33,230 nt of DNA from Candidatus Krumholzibacteriia bacterium (GTDB lineage Bacteria > Krumholzibacteriota > Krumholzibacteriia > LZORAL124-64-63): positions 1-33,230 of the forward strand of contig JAZBOO010000262.1 of the NCBI GenBank assembly GCA_036351155.1. The letters run 5' to 3'. Below are positions 17,917 to 26,197 of the stretch, in pieces; position 1 is the stretch's first letter, and each line of letters begins with the position of its first letter. The translations under genes were made by a program, and so were the position numbers. The notes under the pieces are model-generated. The model did not search any database. It had not been told where the DNA came from and worked only from the letters and a program-made list of their open reading frames with translations.

Positions 17917-18717
17917 TTAGCAGTCCTGCTGATCGCCCACTTGAAACAGACCGAAGAACGCACCCTGGGGATCCTGCATCACGGCGAAAAAGCTCCCGCC
18001 CGGTATCCCCGTGGGCGGCACCACCACCGTGCCCTTCTGCTCGGTGGCCCGGCCAATGATCGCGGCCATATCATCCACCTGGAAATACGCCATCCAGTGC
18101 GGAGGCACCGGCCCCATTTCGGCGGTGATCTCCATCATGCCGCAGCACATGGCCTCGGGGGTGTGGCCCATCATGTGATAGGTCCCCATGTCTCCCATGT
18201 CCATGGCCGAGGTGGTCCAGTCGAACAGTCCGGTATAGAAGGCCTTCGAAGCCGCGACATCGCTGGTCATGTGTTCGGCCCAGCACAGGGTGGCGTGCTC
18301 GTCCTTGCGCGCCGATCCGATGTGATCCTTTGCCTGCCACAGGCAACACACCGCACCCACCGGGTCGGCCACCACGCACATGCGTCCGTGCTCGAAAACA
18401 TCCATGGGCCCCATGATGACCTTTCCGCCCAGCTCCTTCACCTTTGCCACGGCCTGGTCCGCGTTCTCCACGGTCAGATAGAGCGCCCAGTTGGGGGGCA
18501 CACCGGCATCTGCCTGCTCCTGGGGCAACTTGTACAGGGCCCCGACCACGTCCCCATCTTTGAGGAACTGGGTGTAGATGCCGTGTTCACCCATGTCCTC
18601 GTCGCGTACATCCCAGCCGAACAGGCCCATGTAAAAATCGCGGGAGCCATTGGGATCAGGTGATGCCAGTTCCACGTAGGAAAATGTTCCGGGGCGGTGT
18701 TCCTTGAAAACGGTCAT
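17917..18717 (-). CDS. VOC/glyoxalase family protein (two-domain)
   Basis: 'PGTFSYVEL.SPD...FY.GLFGW', 'PPNWALYLTV' and 'DPVGA', repeated in the second half. ATG 18717 follows AAAGGA. Confidence 0.9.
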   Translation of the reverse strand: MTVFKEHRPGTFSYVELASPDPNGSRDFYMGLFGWDVRDEDMGEHGIYTQFLKDGDVVGALYKLPQEQADAGVPPNWALYLTVENADQAVAKVKELGGKVIMGPMDVFEHGRMCVVADPVGAVCCLWQAKDHIGSARKDEHATLCWAEHMTSDVAASKAFYTGLFDWTTSAMDMGDMGTYHMMGHTPEAMCCGMMEITAEMGPVPPHWMAYFQVDDMAAIIGRATEQKGTVVVPPTGIPGGSFFAVMQDPQGAFFGLFQVGDQQDC

Positions 18718-18906
18718 GTGCAGGTCCTTTCGAAAAGGGGCGAAGGAAGTCGGGAGAGGTCCGAATATCATATAAGAACTACGGGAATTCCGCGCCCTCG
18801 TAACCTTTCTCTCGGCCGGACGTTATTCCCATGGAAGCCCCCTCTTTTTGGTGGCATTATTCTGAACAAGGCTCGTCAAATTTCCTCCGGTTCAAGGAAG
18901 TCTCAC

Positions 18907-19851
18907 ATGAAGCGCCTGCCCCTCCTCATGCTGTCCACCTTGGGTCTGCTGCTGGCCCTCCATACCTCTCCTCTCCATGCCCAGGGTCTGGGATTGCCCA
19001 CGCGAAACGCCGGGCTGGGCTTCGGCAACCTCAAGGACTTCACGGGAATTCGCTTCAATGTCGTGGACCGTGACGTCCAGCGTGTCTCGGGGATCAACAC
19101 CACTTTCTGGATTCCCAGGGACAACGATCGGGCCGTTTACAAGGGCATCAGCCTGGGTCTGGTGGCCACCGGAGGCCGCCATCTCCAGGGTGTGGCGATC
19201 GGAGCCCTGGGCATCGGAGCCGAACGGGTGGAGGGTATTGCCCTGGCGGGACTGGGCACCGGGGCCACGGACCTGGACGGCATTGCCCTGGGCGGCCTGG
19301 GTCTGGGTGCGCACAACGTCAAGGGCCTTGTCATCGGTGGTCTGGGCCTGGGTTGCCACGATCTCGATGGGATCGCCATGGGCGGCCTGGGTGTGGGCGC
19401 TCATGACATCCGGGGTGTGGTGACCGGGGGGCTGGGTGTGGGCTGTCACGACTTCACGGGAGTGGGCGTGGGCGGCCTGGGCATCGGCGGACACGAGATG
19501 CGCGGCGTCTTCCTGGGAGGCCTCGGAGTGGGTGCCCACACCATCAAGGGAGTGGCCATTGGCGGGCTGGGGGTGGGTGCCTCCGAACTTTCCGGCGTCA
19601 TGATCGGCGGGGTCATCGGGGATGAGCGTGTGTCGGGCCTGGCCCTTTCCCTGGGCTACCTGAAGGCCGAGGAAAGTTTCACCGGCCTGGGCACCGGAGC
19701 CTACACGCGCATCGAAGAAGCCACCGGCCTGATGATCGGTATTTTCAACCGGGCCGAGGTGTTGCACGGGGTGCAGATCGGGCTCCTGAACTACGCGGGA
19801 AACAACCCCGACGGCCTGCGCTGGGTGCCGGGCATCAACGCCCACTTCTGA
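18907..19851 (+). CDS. Secreted Gly-rich 15-aa repeat protein (LA_2272-like beta-solenoid)
   Basis: Signal peptide (..PLHA|Q), about 10 repeats of xxGhxhGGLGhGxxx, then 'GVQIGLLNYA..NP...WVPGINAHF'. AAGGAAG RBS. Confidence 0.8.
   Translation: MKRLPLLMLSTLGLLLALHTSPLHAQGLGLPTRNAGLGFGNLKDFTGIRFNVVDRDVQRVSGINTTFWIPRDNDRAVYKGISLGLVATGGRHLQGVAIGALGIGAERVEGIALAGLGTGATDLDGIALGGLGLGAHNVKGLVIGGLGLGCHDLDGIAMGGLGVGAHDIRGVVTGGLGVGCHDFTGVGVGGLGIGGHEMRGVFLGGLGVGAHTIKGVAIGGLGVGASELSGVMIGGVIGDERVSGLALSLGYLKAEESFTGLGTGAYTRIEEATGLMIGIFNRAEVLHGVQIGLLNYAGNNPDGLRWVPGINAHF
19138..19587 (+). repeat. Ten degenerate 45-nt coding tandem repeats
   Basis: Units such as LDGIALGGLGLGAHN / VKGLVIGGLGLGCHD / LDGIAMGGLGVGAHD with an exact 15-codon period. 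Confidence 0.85.
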
Positions 19852-19861
19852 GAGGGACAAT

Positions 19862-19883
19862 TTGTTGCGTAAAACCGCAACAA
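19862..19883. promoter_or_regulatory. Candidate operator palindrome upstream of the octaheme cytochrome
   Basis: TTGTTGCG-taaaac-CGCAACAA in an AT-rich intergenic stretch. Confidence 0.4.
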
Positions 19884-19962
19884 TTATTTTGCGCTGGGAG
19901 GTTTTCCGTTGTTTTTTTAACAACATCGTCACCTCCGAGACCAGCGGCGCAAAGGACCTCGC

Positions 19963-21924
19963 ATGCTTCGGGCCCCCTCGAAAAGAACCACCATTGTTCT
20001 GTCTCTTTTGCTGATCCTGGTTGTGGCCATGGTCCTGGGCTGGTCCCGCATGATCAACCTGATGCTGCCTGCGGACAGCCGCCCGGCCACGGTGGCTTTC
20101 CCTGCCGCCCCGGGTGGGCCAGAGGCGGTCCGGACCGCCCTCGAGCGCCTGGGGAAAAATCACCCGGACCAGATGGCCGGCTTCGACCACATCGCCCACT
20201 TCGAAGAGGCCGGCATCACCAGCTACACCGGCCCCGCCACCTGCCTGGGCTGTCACGAGCAGCTGACCTACGAGGATCAGGAAGGCACCGCCCACACGGT
20301 GGATCTGATGACCAACCTGACCAGCTCGGTCCACTACCGCTTTTACGCCAAGAGCCATCCCAACGTATACGGTTTCAACGGCGAACTGGCCGACAACTTT
20401 GCCATGGGCAAGATCAATCGCCCGTGTCCCAAGCCGGGATCGTTCGCCATGACGGCCTGGGCCGAGATCGTGGTCACCACCGCCGGCGACACCCTGAGCG
20501 AGGGCTGCGGTCAGTGTCACATCGGTGGTCAGTACCAGGCCCCTCTGGGCGAGATGATGCCGCTGTACCGCACCCAGACCGCGGAGAAGGAAGCCATCGA
20601 CTGCCTGATATGCCACAGCGTGGCCTATGACATGAATGTTCGGCAGGTGGTCATCGACCCCAATGGCCGCAAGCGCTGGGGGCAAGACCGCAGCCTGGCG
20701 GCGGCGATGTCCGTGGGCACCCCTACCTCACAGGCTTGCCTGCGTTGTCATCAGCACAACTTTGGCGGCGATGTGTACGTGGAATCCACGGCGCCCGACC
20801 ACATGGAAAGCCTGCTCAACCCCGGCACCACCCGGCCCCGAGTCATGCATCCGGGCAGCAAGCGGGGCACGCCGTTTTCTCCCGAGTGGGATGTGCATGC
20901 GGCCGCTGGCGTGGCCTGCATCGAATGCCACCACGCCGAGGGCCACCTCATGGCCAAGGGCACCCACACCACCACCATGATGGCCAACGATCTGCCTCAG
21001 GTGGAGGTCGACTGCCTCGATTGCCATGACAATCCTCCCCACGACAGCACCACGGCCGTGGGACGGGATCTGAACGCGCATCAGGACCGCCTGGCCTGTC
21101 AGGTGTGTCATATTCCCTCGCTGCATCCGGACAATGTCACCCGCCGGGATTTCAGCGTGACCGAGTTCGAGGAGGATCCGGGAATCTACATCTACCACGA
21201 TGAGGAGAAATCGCATCTCCCGGGCGAGGGCCTGGCCTATGTGTGGTGGAACGGAGACTGCACCTTCCTGGGCAACCCCATTGGCGACAATCCCAATGGC
21301 GCGGGCCTGTACCGCTTCTACACCGCCGAGCACCGCTGGCCCGAGTTTGCCGATTTCGATTACGAGAGCTGGTATGAAGAAACCATGCGCCCCATCGCCC
21401 GCGCCGGTCGGCCTTCCAAGCTCTATGCCATGAAGAAATTCAATGGCCGGCAGCATATCGACCTGGGCAACATCGGCCCCTTTGGCGGCATGTTCGTGCC
21501 CTACAACCTGCCCGAGTACTACAAGTTCGGCAAGCCGGAGCAGGCCGCCCGCCTGGAAGTGGACAAGGGCATGATGGGCATGATGTACGGCCTGATGTTC
21601 AAGTACTACATGCTGGACCGGTTCATGTCCTACATGGCCATCGACGGCTGGAACACCGACGCCTACAGCGATGTCAGATCGGGCCGCAACATCGAGGCCC
21701 GCTGGTTGCCCAACGATGCCATGCTGGAGGTCAGCCACGCGATCAGGCTGGAGGGCGCCTTGACCTGCCACAACTGCCATGGTCCCGACGGTGTGCTGGA
21801 TTGGAAACAGCTGGGCTACACAGACGAAGAGGCCGCGAAGCTATCGCGACCTCATGGGGAAACCGAAGAACAGGCGGCGGAGTTTTTCCCCGCCCTGGAC
21901 AGCGGCGACCCGGTGAACGAGTAA
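19963..21924 (+). CDS. Octaheme cytochrome c, octaheme tetrathionate reductase (OTR)-like
   Basis: Eight CXXCH motifs (CLGCH, CGQCH, CLICH, CLRCH, CIECH, CLDCH, CQVCH, CHNCH); OTR-like 'GKIN..C', 'DVH', 'ACQVCHIP' and a distal eighth heme; N-terminal TM/signal segment. Confidence 0.82.
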   Translation: MLRAPSKRTTIVLSLLLILVVAMVLGWSRMINLMLPADSRPATVAFPAAPGGPEAVRTALERLGKNHPDQMAGFDHIAHFEEAGITSYTGPATCLGCHEQLTYEDQEGTAHTVDLMTNLTSSVHYRFYAKSHPNVYGFNGELADNFAMGKINRPCPKPGSFAMTAWAEIVVTTAGDTLSEGCGQCHIGGQYQAPLGEMMPLYRTQTAEKEAIDCLICHSVAYDMNVRQVVIDPNGRKRWGQDRSLAAAMSVGTPTSQACLRCHQHNFGGDVYVESTAPDHMESLLNPGTTRPRVMHPGSKRGTPFSPEWDVHAAAGVACIECHHAEGHLMAKGTHTTTMMANDLPQVEVDCLDCHDNPPHDSTTAVGRDLNAHQDRLACQVCHIPSLHPDNVTRRDFSVTEFEEDPGIYIYHDEEKSHLPGEGLAYVWWNGDCTFLGNPIGDNPNGAGLYRFYTAEHRWPEFADFDYESWYEETMRPIARAGRPSKLYAMKKFNGRQHIDLGNIGPFGGMFVPYNLPEYYKFGKPEQAARLEVDKGMMGMMYGLMFKYYMLDRFMSYMAIDGWNTDAYSDVRSGRNIEARWLPNDAMLEVSHAIRLEGALTCHNCHGPDGVLDWKQLGYTDEEAAKLSRPHGETEEQAAEFFPALDSGDPVNE

Positions 21925-21927
21925 CCT

Positions 21928-22749
21928 CTACCAGTATTTTTCCGCGTGGATCTGACCGGGCTGGGACTTGGTGTGCTCCCGAAAACCTTCCTCCCCCAGT
22001 CGGGAGATCATCGCCTCGATCATGGCGGGATTCCCGCAAAGTAGGATGTGCGTGTTTTCGGGCGTCGGTTTTTTATGCAGCGCCTGTTCCACCAGACCGC
22101 GATCCCACAGATCCTGCACGTAGCCGGTTTGACCGGACCAGGGAACCAGCTCCTCATCAGGGCGGCTGATCACCGGGATGTAATGGAAGGTGGGGCAATA
22201 GCGCTGCATGGCGATCAGCTCGCCGCGGTAACCCAGATCCCAGCTGTGGCGCGCGCCCAGCAACACCACCGTGTGGATATCCAGCTTGCACTGCAGTTCG
22301 CCCCGCAACATGCTCATGTAAGGAGCCAAACCGGTTCCGGTGCCCACCAGGATGAGGTGATGATCTTCCGGCACCTGATCCAGGGTAAACATCCCCGTGA
22401 TGCGTGACCCCAGATGTACCATGTCCCCGGGCTGGAGCGCAAAAAGCCGGGGAGTTAACCCACCGGACTGCACCAGGGTGACATAGAACTCCAGGTAACC
22501 ACTGTCCTCAGGCGCCGAGGCCACGCTGTAGGCACGGCGGATCATCTTGCTCGGATTCTGGCTGGGCGGTTCCGGGTCGGACAGCAAGGTACGGGGTGCC
22601 GATTCAGGCAAACCCAGCACCGCGAACTGACCCGCTTCCCACTTTGGTAATTCCCACCCGTCGGGAGCCACCCTGAGGATGATCAAACCTGAAGCCACTT
22701 CGGTGCGGTGTGTGACGATGGCGTTCAACTGAGGCGGCATTCCTGGCAT
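21928..22749 (-). CDS. fpr: Ferredoxin/flavodoxin--NADP+ reductase (bacterial type)
   Basis: 'AGQF..LG', 'RRAYSVAS', 'G.LTPRL', 'GTGTGLAPYMSM', 'LCGNPAMI' and C-terminal 'EKYW'. ATG overlaps the upstream TGA. Confidence 0.85.
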   Translation of the reverse strand: MPGMPPQLNAIVTHRTEVASGLIILRVAPDGWELPKWEAGQFAVLGLPESAPRTLLSDPEPPSQNPSKMIRRAYSVASAPEDSGYLEFYVTLVQSGGLTPRLFALQPGDMVHLGSRITGMFTLDQVPEDHHLILVGTGTGLAPYMSMLRGELQCKLDIHTVVLLGARHSWDLGYRGELIAMQRYCPTFHYIPVISRPDEELVPWSGQTGYVQDLWDRGLVEQALHKKPTPENTHILLCGNPAMIEAMISRLGEEGFREHTKSQPGQIHAEKYW

Positions 22750-22958
22750 CACCTTTCCACGAAGAAATCGAAAATATTTCCCAATTTGCTGCTGTCGGCC
22801 TTGAAGATCTCGGTGTACTTGCAGCGCTGACAGGTCACCGTGGTAAAGCGTTTTGTTTGGATATCAAACAACTTTGTCAGAAAACCGCCAGTTGCCCGGA
22901 ACTCATCGGTCTCGAACGAGGTGTTTTCGCATTTGGGGCACTTGTAGTTGAGACTCAT
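22749..22958 (-). CDS. Small zinc-ribbon protein (DUF2082-like)
   Basis: 'YKCPKC...ATGG..KLFDIQ..RFTTVTC..C.YTE..'; 69 aa. Confidence 0.88.
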   Translation of the reverse strand: MSLNYKCPKCENTSFETDEFRATGGFLTKLFDIQTKRFTTVTCQRCKYTEIFKADSSKLGNIFDFFVER

Positions 22959-23084
22959 GATGACCCTTTCGGTTGGCAAGGGAGGGAGGTTGCCGGATAT
23001 ACCCGCCAACGAGCCCTTTATTCGCCAGGGACATCGGGCGCCCTGGGCCATCATGCGCTGTCGGTGTTCCCCCTCACCACGAAC

Positions 23085-23101
23085 TGTGGTGAACCATCAC
23101 A
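23085..23101 (+). promoter_or_regulatory. Candidate upstream activator sequence for a sigma-54 activator
   Basis: TGTGGTGAACCATCACA matches 30625-30641(-). An inverted related copy lies at 23065-23081. Confidence 0.6.
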
Positions 23102-23187
23102 CTCCCATCCCCCTGTCAGCCGCCGCGATTTCGCAATATATCATCACCCACCAACAACTTGCAAATCTGGCACCTGACTATTTTCCC

Positions 23188-23203
23188 CGGAATGCTCCTT
23201 GCG
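23188..23203 (+). promoter_or_regulatory. Putative sigma-54 (-24/-12) promoter of the lipoprotein gene
   Basis: C-GG-AATGCTCCTT-GC-G gives GG-N10-GC with TTGC at -12; 43 nt upstream of the ATG. Confidence 0.6.
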
Positions 23204-23245
23204 CTGGTGAACCAGAACCTCGGACCCCAACAAGGAGTATCCCCC

Positions 23246-24079
23246 ATGCGGATTTCACGATCTTCACGCGAAGGCACTGGCCTGATCCTGTTCCTGGCTA
23301 CGGCCCTGCTGATCCTGATTCAACTCGGTGGCTGCAGCGACAGCGACACCAGCCCCACGGGTGTTTCCCGGAATGAACCGCCGGTCATGCCCCAGGCGGA
23401 CCAGCTGACCTTCGATTTCAGCTTCTTCGCCAATGCCGACCAGCTGGATGCGGACCAGGAGAAGGGCGCCGGTCCTCATGACAATTTCATCAACGCGTAT
23501 TTCCGGACGGTCATTCTGGACGCCATGGCTCACCTGGTCCTGGCCCCGCCCGTGGCCGCTTTCTCGGCGGCCGTCCATACCGTGCCGGTGGCTCAGCCCG
23601 ATGGCGCCTGGGTCTGGACCTACCCGTGGAAGGGGCCTTACGGAAATATCATGATCGTGCTGCGCGGACGGCCCAGCGGCCAGGTGGTCGAGTGGGAACT
23701 GTCCCTGGCTCCCGGCAAGAAAAGCCGCAGCGACGTGTGGTTCTCCGGAACCACCAGCGGCGATGGCAACGAAGGGCACTGGGTTTTCCATGACCTGGAC
23801 AGCCCCGACCAGCCGGTCAGCGGCGAGATTGCCTGGGGCCGCCAGGGCAACGGCCGATTCCTGGAGTTCGTGTCCCGCGAACCCGGCGAAGAAGGCAACA
23901 CCCTGCGCTTCCTGGACGATGCGCCCAGTTTCCGGATCGATTACCGGCCCGGCGACGACACCCCAGCCAGCTTCATTTGCTGGCATGCCCAGGGCCACGG
24001 CAGCCTGCAGGTGCCCGACTACAATGGCGGGCGCGAGGCCTGCTGGGACAGCTACTTGCTCGATACCGTCTGCCCCTGA
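23246..24079 (+). CDS. Hypothetical lipoprotein, beta-rich
   Basis: AAGGAG RBS, hydrophobic signal with lipobox-like LGG|C, a Ser/Asp/Pro linker, and a Trp/Gly-rich body ending in a Cys pair. Confidence 0.8.
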   Translation: MRISRSSREGTGLILFLATALLILIQLGGCSDSDTSPTGVSRNEPPVMPQADQLTFDFSFFANADQLDADQEKGAGPHDNFINAYFRTVILDAMAHLVLAPPVAAFSAAVHTVPVAQPDGAWVWTYPWKGPYGNIMIVLRGRPSGQVVEWELSLAPGKKSRSDVWFSGTTSGDGNEGHWVFHDLDSPDQPVSGEIAWGRQGNGRFLEFVSREPGEEGNTLRFLDDAPSFRIDYRPGDDTPASFICWHAQGHGSLQVPDYNGGREACWDSYLLDTVCP

Positions 24080-24095
24080 TCCCGTGCACAAGACA

Positions 24096-24126
24096 AAGGG
24101 CCGCCCGCAAGGGTGGCCCTTCTTTC
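24096..24126. terminator. Terminator between the convergent lipoprotein and OMP genes
   Basis: AAGGGCCGCCC-gcaa-GGGTGGCCCTT hairpin with a GNRA loop and a T-rich tail. Confidence 0.75.
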
Positions 24127-24140
24127 TGTTCAGCCGGATG

Positions 24141-24779
24141 TCAGAACCAGAAGGAAAGCCCCAACCCCAGCCGCCAACCCTGGCTGGAGGCCCGCACCTT
24201 CCAGCTCTCTGGTTCATCGGCCAGCACATCCGATTCGTTGTCCACCTCGAGGTGGTTGGTGAAGGTGGCCAGCCCCTCCAGCTCCAGCGAGAACCGCGGA
24301 CTGAGCCTTGCGGACAACCCTACCCCAAGGATGGCCGCCGTGCCGAAGGAAAGGACGTGCCCTTGCCCCTCCGGATACTGCAGGTCCCACCCGCCGCCGC
24401 CGAATCCCCCGCGCACGAAGGGTTGCAAGACGTGGCCGTTCCGGAAGAAAACCGACCCGTTGATCAGGGCCCAGGAGCCCAGCATATTGCTATCGTCACC
24501 AGCGATGTCGTGCTCCGCCGCGGTGACCTGCAGGTCCAGCAGGAAGCGATGGCCGAACATCCGGCCCACCACGAAGCCCCCGCCTCTCCCCTCTTCGGAC
24601 ACCGCACCGGCCAGAGGAAGGTCTCGGCCGAACACATCGAACTGGTCATTCCAGGTGCTCGCCCCATGCAAACCGAACCGCCAGTTGCGCTCCTTCTCCT
24701 GCGCGGGAGCAGCCAGGGCCGACACCGCACAGCAGAGCAGGCAGGCCGCAAGAACCCATGAGATGTGAGCACGGGTCAT
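24141..24779 (-). CDS. Outer-membrane beta-barrel protein (about 8 strands, OmpA/OmpW-like size)
   Basis: Signal peptide, alternating amphipathic strands ('LQPFVRGGFGGG') and C-terminal beta-signal 'LGLGLSFWF'. Confidence 0.8.
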   Translation of the reverse strand: MTRAHISWVLAACLLCCAVSALAAPAQEKERNWRFGLHGASTWNDQFDVFGRDLPLAGAVSEEGRGGGFVVGRMFGHRFLLDLQVTAAEHDIAGDDSNMLGSWALINGSVFFRNGHVLQPFVRGGFGGGGWDLQYPEGQGHVLSFGTAAILGVGLSARLSPRFSLELEGLATFTNHLEVDNESDVLADEPESWKVRASSQGWRLGLGLSFWF

Positions 24780-26197
24780 CACGATGCGTCCTGTTCGTCA
24801 TCAGCCCCGGAGGACAGCCCGTAGGCATGAATTTTCTTGTGCAGATTGGTGCGGTCGATAGCCAGTAGCCGGGCGGCGGCGGACACGTTGCCACGGGCTT
24901 GATCCAGGGCCGCCTTGATGTGCGTTTTTTCAAATTCCTTCCGGGCCTCGGCAAGCCCGCCGGCCGCCTGCAAGGCAGACAGATCAGCGGCGATCCCCAG
25001 CTGCGAGGAGGCCACAGGGGAGCCGTGATCCCCACCGATGCCGCATCGTTGCAGATCGTCGACCTCGATCACATCGCCCAGAGCCAGGATGGCCAGCCTT
25101 TCGACGGCATTGCCCAGCTCACGGACGTTTCCGGGCCAGGCATAGGCCGCCATGCGTTCCAGCGCCCTGGCACTGAAGCTGCGCTGGGACAGACCGTTCT
25201 CGTCCAGGTAACTGGCCAGGAAATGCTCGGCCAGAAGGGGAATATCTCCCGGTCGACGGCGCAAGGGCGGCACCTCCAGGGGCACGACATTGAGGCGGAA
25301 AAACAGATCCTCCCGGAAATTCCCGGCCTGCACCTCTTCGGCCAGATTCTTGTTGGTCGCCGCCAGCACACGAACGTCCACGTTGATGGTCCGGTTGTCG
25401 CCCACCCTCTCGATTTCACCTTCCTGCAGGGCGCGCAGCACCTTGGCCTGGGCCTTGAGGGACATGTCCCCGATCTCGTCCAGGAACAGGGTGCCGCCAT
25501 CGGCCTGGAGAAATTTGCCGTCGCGCGACTGGGTAGCCCCGGTGAAGGCCCCCTTGACGGCGCCGAACAGCTCGCTCTCGATCAGTTCCTCGGGAATGGC
25601 CGCGCAGTTCACCTTCACGAAAGGACGGTCGGCCCGGTTGCTGCTCTGGTGCACGCCCCGGGCCACGAGTTCCTTGCCTGTCCCGCTTTCGCCGGTGATC
25701 AGAATGCGCGCCGAGGTGGGTCCCACGCGCTCGATGGTCTGGCGAATGACCGCCATTTCCTGGGACTGTCCCACCAGCAGATGCCGCTTGCCGACCTGGC
25801 TGCGCAGGGCCTTGACCTCACGGCCCAGCTTGCGCACCGCCAGTGCATTGCGCACCGCCAGCAGCAGACGTTCCTTGCCGATGGGCTTCTCCAGAAAATC
25901 GAAGGCCCCGTGCCGGGTGGCTTCCAGTGCGGTGGCGATGGTGCCATGGCCCGAGATCATGATCACCGGAAGCTCCGCATCCTCGGCCCGCACGGCCTTC
26001 AGCACCTCCAGGCCGTCGATCCCGGGCATACGGACATCCAGCAGCACCAGGTCGGGACGTCGCTGGTGGTACTTCTCCAGCCCTTCCTCACCGGTCTCGG
26101 CCACTTCCACCACATACCCCTCTCCCCCCAGGACCATCTGGAAGGTCCGGCGAATATTTCTTTCGTCATCGATGATCAACACCCTGGGTTCCATCAT
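24779..26197 (-). CDS. Sigma-54-dependent response regulator (NtrC/NtrX-like: REC-AAA+-Fis HTH)
   Basis: REC 'VLIIDDE..LLDVRMP..ISGHG..KP', 'GESGTGKE', intact 'GAFTGA', 'LFLDEIG', 'WPGNVREL' and HTH 'GNVSAAARLL'. Confidence 0.95.
   Translation of the reverse strand: MMEPRVLIIDDERNIRRTFQMVLGGEGYVVEVAETGEEGLEKYHQRRPDLVLLDVRMPGIDGLEVLKAVRAEDAELPVIMISGHGTIATALEATRHGAFDFLEKPIGKERLLLAVRNALAVRKLGREVKALRSQVGKRHLLVGQSQEMAVIRQTIERVGPTSARILITGESGTGKELVARGVHQSSNRADRPFVKVNCAAIPEELIESELFGAVKGAFTGATQSRDGKFLQADGGTLFLDEIGDMSLKAQAKVLRALQEGEIERVGDNRTINVDVRVLAATNKNLAEEVQAGNFREDLFFRLNVVPLEVPPLRRRPGDIPLLAEHFLASYLDENGLSQRSFSARALERMAAYAWPGNVRELGNAVERLAILALGDVIEVDDLQRCGIGGDHGSPVASSQLGIAADLSALQAAGGLAEARKEFEKTHIKAALDQARGNVSAAARLLAIDRTNLHKKIHAYGLSSGADDEQDAS

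Noticed and set aside
19138..19587. 45-nt periodic repeats as a possible CRISPR or DGR element
   Set aside because: Degenerate in-frame coding repeats with no identical repeat/unique spacer structure, and no cas or reverse transcriptase gene.
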